From NCBI RefSeq assembly GCF_001548275.1, contig NZ_AP014945.1, positions 420,001-452,000 of the forward strand: DNA of 32,000 bases, written 5' to 3'. The translations under genes were made by a program, and so were the position numbers. Below, piece after piece: positions 1 to 6,974 of this stretch; position 1 is the first letter of the stretch; each line of letters begins with the position of its first letter. The DNA comes from Caldimicrobium thiodismutans. GTDB taxonomy: Bacteria; Desulfobacterota; Thermodesulfobacteria; Thermodesulfobacteriales; Thermodesulfobacteriaceae. The notes beneath the pieces are model-generated. The model did not search any database. It was not told the DNA's origin and saw nothing but the letters and a program-made list of their open reading frames with translations.

Positions 1-101
1 CCATTTATAGCTTCATCAACCTCAAAACCAGCATCCTCAAGAAGTTTTCTATGATACATTCTTACTGTTGCTGCGTCATCAACTATCAGAACTTTCTTCA
101 T
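1..101 (-). CDS. cheY: CheY-like response regulator, N-terminal fragment (gene continues beyond the left edge)
   Basis: The reverse complement of 1-101 reads MKKVLIVDDAATVRMYHRKLLEDAGFEVDEAING, a typical receiver-domain N-terminus with the DD acidic pair. The ATG (99-101) overlaps the cheR stop as ATGA. Confidence 0.75.
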   Translation of the reverse strand, partial: MKKVLIVDDAATVRMYHRKLLEDAGFEVDEAIN

Positions 102-973
102 TCCTCCTCCTCAAGAGGTTTTTGATAAACAATGGCTTCAGGGAACTTTCTGATTTTAAAAAGTGGAGATATTCTGCTCATGGATTCGGAATGACCAAGA
201 CAAATAAATCCCCCTGGATTTAAAGCATCATAAAGGTTTTCTACAGCCAATTTTCTTGATAAATCATCAAAATATATAAGAAGATTTCTACAGAATATTA
301 TATCAAACCCTCGGTATTTTTTCATCTCTGTTTCATCAACTATATTTACTATCGTAAACCTAATAGATTCTCTTAATTCATCAGAAATTTGAAAAGTTCC
401 ATCACTAATGTGATTAAAATATTTTTGAAATATATCCTTAGGTAATGTATCCAGAGAACGCTTAGAGTAAATACCTTTTCTGGCTTTCTCAATAACAGAG
501 GTATCAATGTCTGATCCTATTACTTCCACATCCCATTTATCAATATCCTTCCAGTATTCAAGCAAATATATGCATATTGAATATGGCTCTTCACCAGAAG
601 AAGATGGTATAGACCATATTTTTATGGTGCTTCCAGGTTTCTTCCTTGATATTATTTCAGGTAACATGCTATTTACCATACATTTAAACTGATACTCTTC
701 TCTGAAAAAATAAGTTTCATTAATTGTTAGAGTATTTATCAGTTCCTGTAGTTCCCTACCTGAGTCTTGATATCTTAAAAATAGAAAATAGTTTTTAAAG
801 CTGCTGAATTCTCCTGATTTAATTCTCTCTATAAGTCTTCTTTCAACAAAATATCTTTTACTTTTATCAAAATAAATCCCACTTTTTCTGTAAAAAAACT
901 CTACGAATCTTTCAAAGTCAGTATCAGATATTATTACTTCAAATTCAGTTTTTAACATACAATCAGCTTTCAT
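98..973 (-). CDS. cheR: Chemotaxis protein methyltransferase CheR
   Basis: 291-aa ORF with a CheR N-terminal helical domain and a SAM-methyltransferase core (IWSIPSSSGEEPYS, FCRNLLIYFD). It sits in a che cluster. Confidence 0.9.
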   Translation of the reverse strand: MKADCMLKTEFEVIISDTDFERFVEFFYRKSGIYFDKSKRYFVERRLIERIKSGEFSSFKNYFLFLRYQDSGRELQELINTLTINETYFFREEYQFKCMVNSMLPEIISRKKPGSTIKIWSIPSSSGEEPYSICIYLLEYWKDIDKWDVEVIGSDIDTSVIEKARKGIYSKRSLDTLPKDIFQKYFNHISDGTFQISDELRESIRFTIVNIVDETEMKKYRGFDIIFCRNLLIYFDDLSRKLAVENLYDALNPGGFICLGHSESMSRISPLFKIRKFPEAIVYQKPLEEEE

Positions 974-1595
974 TGATCCTTTTCAAAGCTAAATCTGCTA
1001 CAAATTGAATATATTGTTCATCTTTGAATTTTTCTTTAACTTTTTTTATAGCTGGTATAGCATCCTTTGTTTCTACCTCAGCAAGTAAATTAAGAGCTAC
1101 TCCGCAAACATTTACATTATTATCTGTTTCAATAACATAAGTAAGCCATTTAACTACATCAGGATGTTTGAAATTCTCAAGAATATTTATGGCGAAAATT
1201 CTCATGTCAGGTTCTGGGGAATTAAGTAGCTTTTCTATATATGGAGATACTTTTTCAGGTAATTGACTTAGGGCAAATATTGCAGAGTTCCTCAAATGGG
1301 CATCATCACTTTTTAAGCAATTAATTAGTCCTTCAATAGCTAATTCATCGCCTATTGTAATTAAAGAGCTTATTATTATTTCACGAACTGAGATGTCTTT
1401 TTCTTTCATAAGTTGGGCTATTAAATAACCTGATGCTTTTTCTTTGTATTGTATTAAGTCTCTTACAGCCCATCTTCTTTCTTTTGGATTTTCGCTTGAA
1501 AGCTGAACTATTAAATTCTCAAAATTTCTCTCAATACTTCGTCTTTCTTCTTTTATATCAAATACTTCACTCTCTTCCTTCCTTTTTATTGGCAT
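963..1595 (-). CDS. HEAT-repeat (PBS-lyase-like) protein embedded in the che cluster
   Basis: 210-aa all-helical ORF with repeated HEAT-like units (ERRWAVRDL, SVREIIISSL, HLRNSAIFAL, DMRIFAINIL). It overlaps cheR by 11 nt and lies 11 nt downstream of cheB. Confidence 0.7.
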   Translation of the reverse strand: MPIKRKEESEVFDIKEERRSIERNFENLIVQLSSENPKERRWAVRDLIQYKEKASGYLIAQLMKEKDISVREIIISSLITIGDELAIEGLINCLKSDDAHLRNSAIFALSQLPEKVSPYIEKLLNSPEPDMRIFAINILENFKHPDVVKWLTYVIETDNNVNVCGVALNLLAEVETKDAIPAIKKVKEKFKDEQYIQFVADLALKRINES

Positions 1596-1606
1596 ACTCT
1601 CTCTCC

Positions 1607-2665
1607 TTATACCTTGTTATTTGCCCATAAAATAAGCTGTTCTGCTATTTTTTCTGAGGGAAGCACAACTTCTGCTCCACCTTTTTCAATAAGTTCTCTT
1701 GGCATTCCGAAAACAACTGCTGATTCTTCTGATTCAGCAATTGTTTTTCCACCTCTCTTTTTAATCTCAGTAAAGGCATCAGCTCCGTCATACCCCATTC
1801 CTGTAAGCATAACTGCAATAACTTTTTTAGGATCACAGTGTTCAAGCACAGAACGCCCAAGTATTTCCACCGAGGGATGCCATAGAAAAGAGGGATTTTC
1901 TGGTTTTGGGTGAACAATAAGTTTGCCAGACCTTCTTGAAACAACAACATCAGTTCCACCTTTGCCGATGTATATTTTGCCTTTTTCAACTGGTAAAGGT
2001 CTGTCAACCTCAAGAACCTCAAGCTCACAAATAGAATTCAATCTCATAGCAAAAGATTTAGTAAATGTTGAAGGCATGTGTTGAGCTACTATTATAGGAA
2101 TTGGAAAATCAGCAGGCAGTTCTGGAAGAATTTCCTCAAGAGTTCTTGGTCCACCAGTTGAAACACCTATTATTATGAGCCTTTCATCTGCTGTTCTTTC
2201 TTTCGTAGAAAAGGGTTTAATAATTTTTTCCCTCTCCTCCCTGATTTTTCTCACAAGTGCTTTTGTTTTTAATTTAGCTTTTACAGCAGATCTTACCTTT
2301 GATACAAGCTCCTCCTTTATAAGGTCAATATTTAAAGAGATTGTTCCTCCTGGTTTTGTTACATAGTCAACAGCACCGAGGTTTAGAGCTTCAAAGGTTG
2401 CCAGTGCACCCTTTTCTGTTAACGAAGAAACCATCACAACAGGAACTGGTCTTTGATTCATTATATGAGCAAGAGCGGTAAGACCATCCATCTCAGGCAT
2501 ATTGATATCAAGGGTGATAACATCGGGCTGAAAACTGAGATTTTTCTCTATCGCTTCTATGCCATTTCTTGCAACTTCAATCTGAAAGTCTTTTTCTTTC
2601 TCAAAAATTTCCCTCAAAAGTTTTCTCATTAAAGCAGAATCATCAACAATTAAAAGCTTTATCAA
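1607..2665 (-). CDS. cheB: Chemotaxis response regulator protein-glutamate methylesterase CheB
   Basis: 352 aa with an N-terminal REC domain (LIVDDSALMR, LDINMPEMDG) and a C-terminal methylesterase (GVSTGGP, AQHMP, GMGYDGA). The TTG start overlaps the cheW stop. Confidence 0.92.
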   Translation of the reverse strand: MIKLLIVDDSALMRKLLREIFEKEKDFQIEVARNGIEAIEKNLSFQPDVITLDINMPEMDGLTALAHIMNQRPVPVVMVSSLTEKGALATFEALNLGAVDYVTKPGGTISLNIDLIKEELVSKVRSAVKAKLKTKALVRKIREEREKIIKPFSTKERTADERLIIIGVSTGGPRTLEEILPELPADFPIPIIVAQHMPSTFTKSFAMRLNSICELEVLEVDRPLPVEKGKIYIGKGGTDVVVSRRSGKLIVHPKPENPSFLWHPSVEILGRSVLEHCDPKKVIAVMLTGMGYDGADAFTEIKKRGGKTIAESEESAVVFGMPRELIEKGGAEVVLPSEKIAEQLILWANNKV

Positions 2666-4176
2666 TGTTCTACCTCCAATTCTTCTTCTGATTTTTCTAA
2701 TTTTTCTATCTCTTCCTTTTTAAGTAGATTTTTGGTTTCAATTATTTGAATTACTCTTCCCTGCTTCTCAAGATTGGCAACTCTGCTAAAAAGTTGAGCT
2801 TGCTCATGAGAGAGTTCAATAGCTTTCTGGATATAAGATTTTGGAATATTAAGGACTTCACTTACAGTGTCAACAATAAATCCAACTGATAGATTATCAA
2901 TAATTAAAACCATAATACGCTGAAGCTCATCTCTCGGTTTTTCTGTAAGATCAAACCTCTTACGAAGGTTAATAACTGGAAGAATCGTCCCTCTTAAATT
3001 AATAACTCCTTCAACAAAATCAGGAGTTTTAGGAACACGGGTTAAATCTTCAGGAACTCTCACTATTTCCTGAACACTGGTAATTGGCACTGCATACTCT
3101 TGCTCATCAATTTTAAAAACAACAAATTGTTCTTCGTCATCTACTTGTTCTCTAACCTCTTTTTTTTGTTCCATTTCTGTTTTTTCCTCCTCTACAGAGC
3201 TCAATACCTCTTTTATTTTTTTTCCTTTTAACAAATTTGAAACGGATATTATTGAGACAAGTCTTTTTCCTCTATCTAATCGGCAAATTTCTTCAATCTC
3301 TGAACTTCCCTCGTCTTTGAGGAGTATTGAAGGAATTGGTTCAATAAGTGATTTCGAAACTCTTAATACTTCTCTTACACTGTCAACAACTAATCCAACA
3401 GAAAGCTTTCCAAGGGAAAGCACAACAATTCTACATTCTTCATCAAGTTCTTTCTCAGGCAAAGAAAATAAAGCTCTCAAACTTACAAGAGGCAAAATTT
3501 TATCTCTCAGATTCATCATACCGATTATTGATTTTTCCGAATTGGGCACTTTTGAGATATGCTCTGGAATCTGAACAATTTCCTGAATGTTTTCAATAGG
3601 AATAGCGTATTCCTCATTTGCTACTAAAAAGCTTATAAGCTGTCTTTCTTCAATAAAGACTTCTTCTTTTTCTTCTTCTATCTTTCTGCCCTTAAAGTGT
3701 GCTTCTGTAATTTTTTTTGAATAAAGTTCAGAAAACTCTCTTTCAAAAATCTTATCAATATTAAGTATCATCACCATATTGAAGCCTGCAATATCCTTTA
3801 TAACCCCTTTAAGGAACTCAGATTTGACTATACTTTGCACATCAGAAGTTTCCTCTATTTTTGATTTATCCACCTCTATTACACTTGCAACTCTGTCAAC
3901 GAGAAAACCAAGAGTCTCACCAAAATCAACAACAATAACTCTGCTTGAATCATCAATTTCCTTTTCATTAATTTCAAAAACAGTTCTGAGATTAATAATA
4001 GGAAGAACCTTTCCTCTAAGATTTGCAAGTCCTATGAGGGAGGGAGGAGATTTTGGAACTTTAACCATTTGTGGAACACGGATTATCTCCTGCATAGGAG
4101 CCATATTTATTGCAAATATCTCACCCTCAATCTGGAAAGTAACAAATTCATTAACACTGACTTCAGTTTCCATCAT
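2662..4176 (-). CDS. cheW: Scaffold protein with three tandem CheW-like domains
   Basis: 504 aa. The CheW core motif occurs three times: YAIPIENIQEIVQIP...NLRDKILPLVSLRALF, YAVPITSVQEIVRVP...NLRGTILPVINLRKRF and FAINMAPMQEIIRVP...NLRGKVLPIINLRTVF. The domains are joined by acidic Glu/Lys linkers. A GAGGAGGA RBS lies at 4181-4188, and the second ATG (4173) may be the true start. Confidence 0.88.
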   Translation of the reverse strand: MMETEVSVNEFVTFQIEGEIFAINMAPMQEIIRVPQMVKVPKSPPSLIGLANLRGKVLPIINLRTVFEINEKEIDDSSRVIVVDFGETLGFLVDRVASVIEVDKSKIEETSDVQSIVKSEFLKGVIKDIAGFNMVMILNIDKIFEREFSELYSKKITEAHFKGRKIEEEKEEVFIEERQLISFLVANEEYAIPIENIQEIVQIPEHISKVPNSEKSIIGMMNLRDKILPLVSLRALFSLPEKELDEECRIVVLSLGKLSVGLVVDSVREVLRVSKSLIEPIPSILLKDEGSSEIEEICRLDRGKRLVSIISVSNLLKGKKIKEVLSSVEEEKTEMEQKKEVREQVDDEEQFVVFKIDEQEYAVPITSVQEIVRVPEDLTRVPKTPDFVEGVINLRGTILPVINLRKRFDLTEKPRDELQRIMVLIIDNLSVGFIVDTVSEVLNIPKSYIQKAIELSHEQAQLFSRVANLEKQGRVIQIIETKNLLKKEEIEKLEKSEEELEVEH

Positions 4177-4191
4177 AGCTTCCTCCTCAGA

Positions 4192-6096
4192 TTAAGAAAT
4201 GGACTGAAGTTCATCGGCAAGAGATGCTATTTCCTCAATTGCAGATGCAAGTTCTTCTGCTCCCTGAGCCTGCTGTTTTGCAGCAACTGCTGCCTGTTCA
4301 GCTGCCTTCTCTGCCTCCTGTGCAGCCGAAGCAATCTGCTCTATAGCCTTTTTAATCTGTCCGATGGCAGTAACTATTTCAGTAGCAGAGTTCAATATTT
4401 CTTCTGAACCAACTTTTACTTCCTGTATATTCTTTTCTATTGCAACTAAACCCTCTATAGCTATTTTTGCTTTTTCTGTTTCTTCAACTGCAGATTTCAA
4501 TATTTCCTCTATATCTTTCATTACAATATTTATCTGATCCTGTATTGCCTTAACCATATCTTTAATTTTTTCTGCATTAATTGCTGAATCTTGCGCAAGA
4601 TTTCTTATGTCTGAAGCAACCACTGCAAATCCCTTACCGAATTCACCTGCCCTTGCTGCCTCAATTGCACCGCTTACAGCAAGCATATTTGTCTGAACAG
4701 AAACCATTGTTATTGCATCAACGATTTTGTCTATTTTTCTTGAGAGAAGTTCCAGTTCTTTTATTTGTTGAAGATTTATCTTTGCTTCTTCAGCGGACTG
4801 AATAATTCCTTTAATCAGTGCCTCAGTAGCAATTTTGTTATCACCAAGCAATTTCTGTATGGCATTTATTTTTTCAAGAGAAACTTTTGAACGATTTTCA
4901 GCAACTATAAGACCTTTTTCAATCTGAGTTGTTGCTGCACTTAGTTCCTCTGTAGCACTTGCTTGTTGTTGCGTTCCTTTCCTTACCTGCTCAAGAGCAG
5001 TAAAAATCTGTGCTGCTGAACGATTTATCTCCTGAAGTGCACTGGAAAGCTCTTCAGCAGATGATGCGACTTCTTCTGCGCTCTTTGTAATATCTGTTGA
5101 ACTTTTTAAATCGTCAGCCAGCTCTGAAAGATTCTTGGCTGCCTGTTCTGCTTCCTGAAGTGCCTGAGCCTGCTCTGCTATTGTCTTTGCCACTTCTTCT
5201 GTAGCTGCTGACTGTTCTTCTGCAGCTGTAGCTATATCCTCTGCTCCTTTCAGTGCCTGCTGTGTGGCAACATCTGATTGATGCGCACCTGTTGCTATCT
5301 CCTGAGCTCCTTTTACTATTTCAACCATATCATTTCTTATCTGTGCAAGCTGAGAGCTTATTATTTTGCCTTTTTCTGCCTCTTCTTTCACTTTGTTGGC
5401 AGAGGAGTTTATACCATCTGCAATCGTTTTTACATCTCTCTGAATCTCTGAGACAAGTTCCTGAATCTGTTTGGCACTCTTTTCAGAGGTCTCAGCAAGT
5501 GTTCTCACCTCATCGGCAACAACTGCAAAGCCTTTTCCGTGTGTGCCTGCCCTTGCTGCCTCTATCGCAGCATTAAGAGCAAGAAGATTTGTTTGATCTG
5601 CTATCTTTGCTACAGTCTTTACAATCTCACCTATATTTATTGACTGCTGTTCAAGTTCAGCAACCTTTTTTACAGACTCAATCTGTCTTTCAGAAGCTAA
5701 AACAATATTTTTAACAAGCGATTCAATATCATTGGCCACCCTTAAAATAAGGGCCTGAGCATTTTCAATTTTACCTTGAGAAATCTCTGCATTTTTCATC
5801 TGCTTTGTAATAGCTCCCGAAATCTGCTTGAATGTTGAAAGTAATTCCTGGGTTGCACCTGATGCCTGTTCTGCACCTGAAGCAATCTGCTGTGATGATT
5901 TTTTAAGTTCTTCAACTGCCGAGGATGCTTCTGTAATGCTGGAAAAAAGCTCACTTGCTGCAGATGCGATTCTTTCTGCTATTTGTTGCTGTTTTGCTAA
6001 AGTTCTTGCTCTTTTTCTCTGCGCCTCGGCTTCTTTTACTGCTGAAGTGACTGTTTTTGCTTCTTCTTTTGTTGGGGATTGCTTCACTAATGGCAT
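4192..6096 (-). CDS. Soluble methyl-accepting chemotaxis protein with two signalling (hairpin-tip) domains
   Basis: 634 aa with no hydrophobic segment. Two copies of the MCP tip motif are present: [33 protein letters not shown] (E179) and [33 protein letters not shown] (E479). The rest is Ala/Glu/Gln-rich heptad coiled coil. A strong GGAGGAGG RBS lies at 6101-6110. Confidence 0.9.
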   Translation of the reverse strand: MPLVKQSPTKEEAKTVTSAVKEAEAQRKRARTLAKQQQIAERIASAASELFSSITEASSAVEELKKSSQQIASGAEQASGATQELLSTFKQISGAITKQMKNAEISQGKIENAQALILRVANDIESLVKNIVLASERQIESVKKVAELEQQSINIGEIVKTVAKIADQTNLLALNAAIEAARAGTHGKGFAVVADEVRTLAETSEKSAKQIQELVSEIQRDVKTIADGINSSANKVKEEAEKGKIISSQLAQIRNDMVEIVKGAQEIATGAHQSDVATQQALKGAEDIATAAEEQSAATEEVAKTIAEQAQALQEAEQAAKNLSELADDLKSSTDITKSAEEVASSAEELSSALQEINRSAAQIFTALEQVRKGTQQQASATEELSAATTQIEKGLIVAENRSKVSLEKINAIQKLLGDNKIATEALIKGIIQSAEEAKINLQQIKELELLSRKIDKIVDAITMVSVQTNMLAVSGAIEAARAGEFGKGFAVVASDIRNLAQDSAINAEKIKDMVKAIQDQINIVMKDIEEILKSAVEETEKAKIAIEGLVAIEKNIQEVKVGSEEILNSATEIVTAIGQIKKAIEQIASAAQEAEKAAEQAAVAAKQQAQGAEELASAIEEIASLADELQSIS

Positions 6097-6633
6097 CTTT
6101 TACCTCCTCCTTTTTATTTTTTTTAAATTATTTTTTACTTCAGCAAAGACCTTTTTCTCATCTCCTACAAGGATTTTTTACCTGCACCGAAGTGGTCTAT
6201 GGTCAGACCAGAAGGGAAAAAGCTTACGCAAACGATGCCTTTACTCGCCTGCTTTAAAAACCGCCTGACAAGAAAGCTTTTATTCTTTGTGATTTTCTTA
6301 TTTATAAGAAGCTGTATAGATGGAAAACAAAAATTGTCCATTTTAATGGTTTTGGATCTTAAAGATTTTGTATTCGTTAAGGTAATGATGAATTGGGTTA
6401 AAAGGAATAAACTGGAGAAGTTTGTGATATATATATGTGTGTGTGATGCAATTCTAAATTGCGAGCCTTCTTGTAATTGGTTGTTTATCGCTCGCGGACT
6501 GGGGTGAGCCGTTATTCCGCCAAAGCCACTAACATTCGGAATAGCATTAGGAATTATCTGGCTTCTCTTCACTATCTCCCTAACCATTCTGCATGTTTGT
6601 ATATCTTATAAAGATATACTTGCAAAAAATTTT

Positions 6634-6849
6634 TTGTCAAGAAGGTGGATAAGCCCATATCTTTTGAAACTCATGAAGATTTTTTCTACAACTTCTGTTA
6701 CCTGCCTGTGCAGATGTAAGTAGGGGTTCAAAATCTTGAATCCCAACAGGGGGCAGACACACTGGTCTGCCCCTACTCTAACCTCTTACCTTTTTACCTT
6801 CCTTCCTTTTTTCTTTTAAAGATATGGACTTATACATTATTCTTGATAA
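6634..6849 (+). repeat. Intergenic repeat copy R1 (about 216 bp, imperfect 32-bp terminal inverted repeats, MITE-like)
   Basis: The left end (6634-6665, TTGTCAAGAAGGTGGATAAGCCCATATCTTTT) matches the reverse complement of the right end (6818-6849) at about 25 of 32 positions with one 1-nt gap. The element is colinear with copies at 26390-26607 (same orientation) and 21667-21870 (inverted). Confidence 0.65.
6750..6773. other. Perfect 9-bp GC-rich hairpin inside repeat R1
   Basis: GGGGCAGAC (6750-6758), loop ACACTG, GTCTGCCCC (6765-6773). No adjacent U-run on either strand, so this is not a canonical intrinsic terminator. Confidence 0.6.
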
Positions 6850-6870
6850 TTCAAGAAAAGAGATTAAATT
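6843..6870 (+). promoter_or_regulatory. Putative sigma70-type promoter for tRNA-Pro/ttcA
   Basis: TTGATA (6843-6848), a 16-nt spacer, then TAAATT (6865-6870). The tRNA 5' end lies 11 nt downstream. The -35 box sits in the right terminal repeat of R1. Confidence 0.45.
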
Positions 6871-6880
6871 AGCTTCAAAG

Positions 6881-6954
6881 CGGGGCGTAGCTCAGTCTGG
6901 CAGAGCGCCGGCTTCGGGAGCCGGATGCCGGAGGTTCAAATCCTCTCGCCCCGA
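6881..6954 (+). tRNA. tRNA-Pro (anticodon CGG)
   Basis: Manual cloverleaf: acceptor CGGGGCG/CGCCCCG, D-arm GCTC-AGTCTGGCA-GAGC, anticodon arm CCGGC-TTCGGGA-GCCGG, T-arm GGAGG-TTCAAAT-CCTCT, discriminator A. CCA is not encoded. Confidence 0.9.
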
Positions 6955-6974
6955 TTCTCAGAGGCTTGGGTCTC

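Noticed and set aside
1645-2028. 127-aa alternate-frame ORF within cheB, and similar internal ORFs (3317-3599, 3779-4195, 10532-11017, 11350-11586, 16287-16885, 27436-27794 and others)
   Set aside because: All are nested in or antisense to well-supported conserved genes, and they have no independent support.
6199-6230. GGTCAGACCAGAAGGGAAAAAGC, superficially like the SRP RNA domain IV motif (GGUCAGGUCCGGAAGGAAGCAGC)
   Set aside because: The loop is AGAA rather than GGAA. There is no complementary 3' strand to form the conserved symmetric loops and no long closing helix.
6181-6240. Possible sigma54 promoter on the minus strand (AGGCATCGTTTGCGT)
   Set aside because: The GG-to-GC spacing is 8 nt instead of the required 10, and the -24 element lacks the leading T.
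4581-6268. Plus-strand ORFs antisense to the receptor gene (4581-4805, 5253-5576, 5828-6268, 6057-6257)
   Set aside because: They lie opposite an Ala/Glu/Gln-rich coiled-coil gene whose GCN/GAR periodicity keeps the antisense frames open. The translations are low-complexity Leu/Ser/Cys/Phe strings with no RBS.
6485-6520. Sigma28-like -10 box (GCGATAA, minus strand) upstream of the che cluster
   Set aside because: There is no TAAA-type -35 at the required spacing of about 15 nt, and a single heptamer match is not significant.
6165-6587. 140-aa minus-strand ORF and 102-aa plus-strand ORF (6199-6507) in the long intergenic region
   Set aside because: Neither has a Shine-Dalgarno site. Their composition is unlike that of real proteins in this window, and they overlap each other. 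They were treated as chance ORFs in AT-rich non-coding DNA.
6461-6600. Riboswitch (cobalamin, TPP, c-di-GMP) in the mcp leader
   Set aside because: I compared the sequence from memory with the core consensus boxes and none is present. The region is kept only as an unclassified possible structured RNA.
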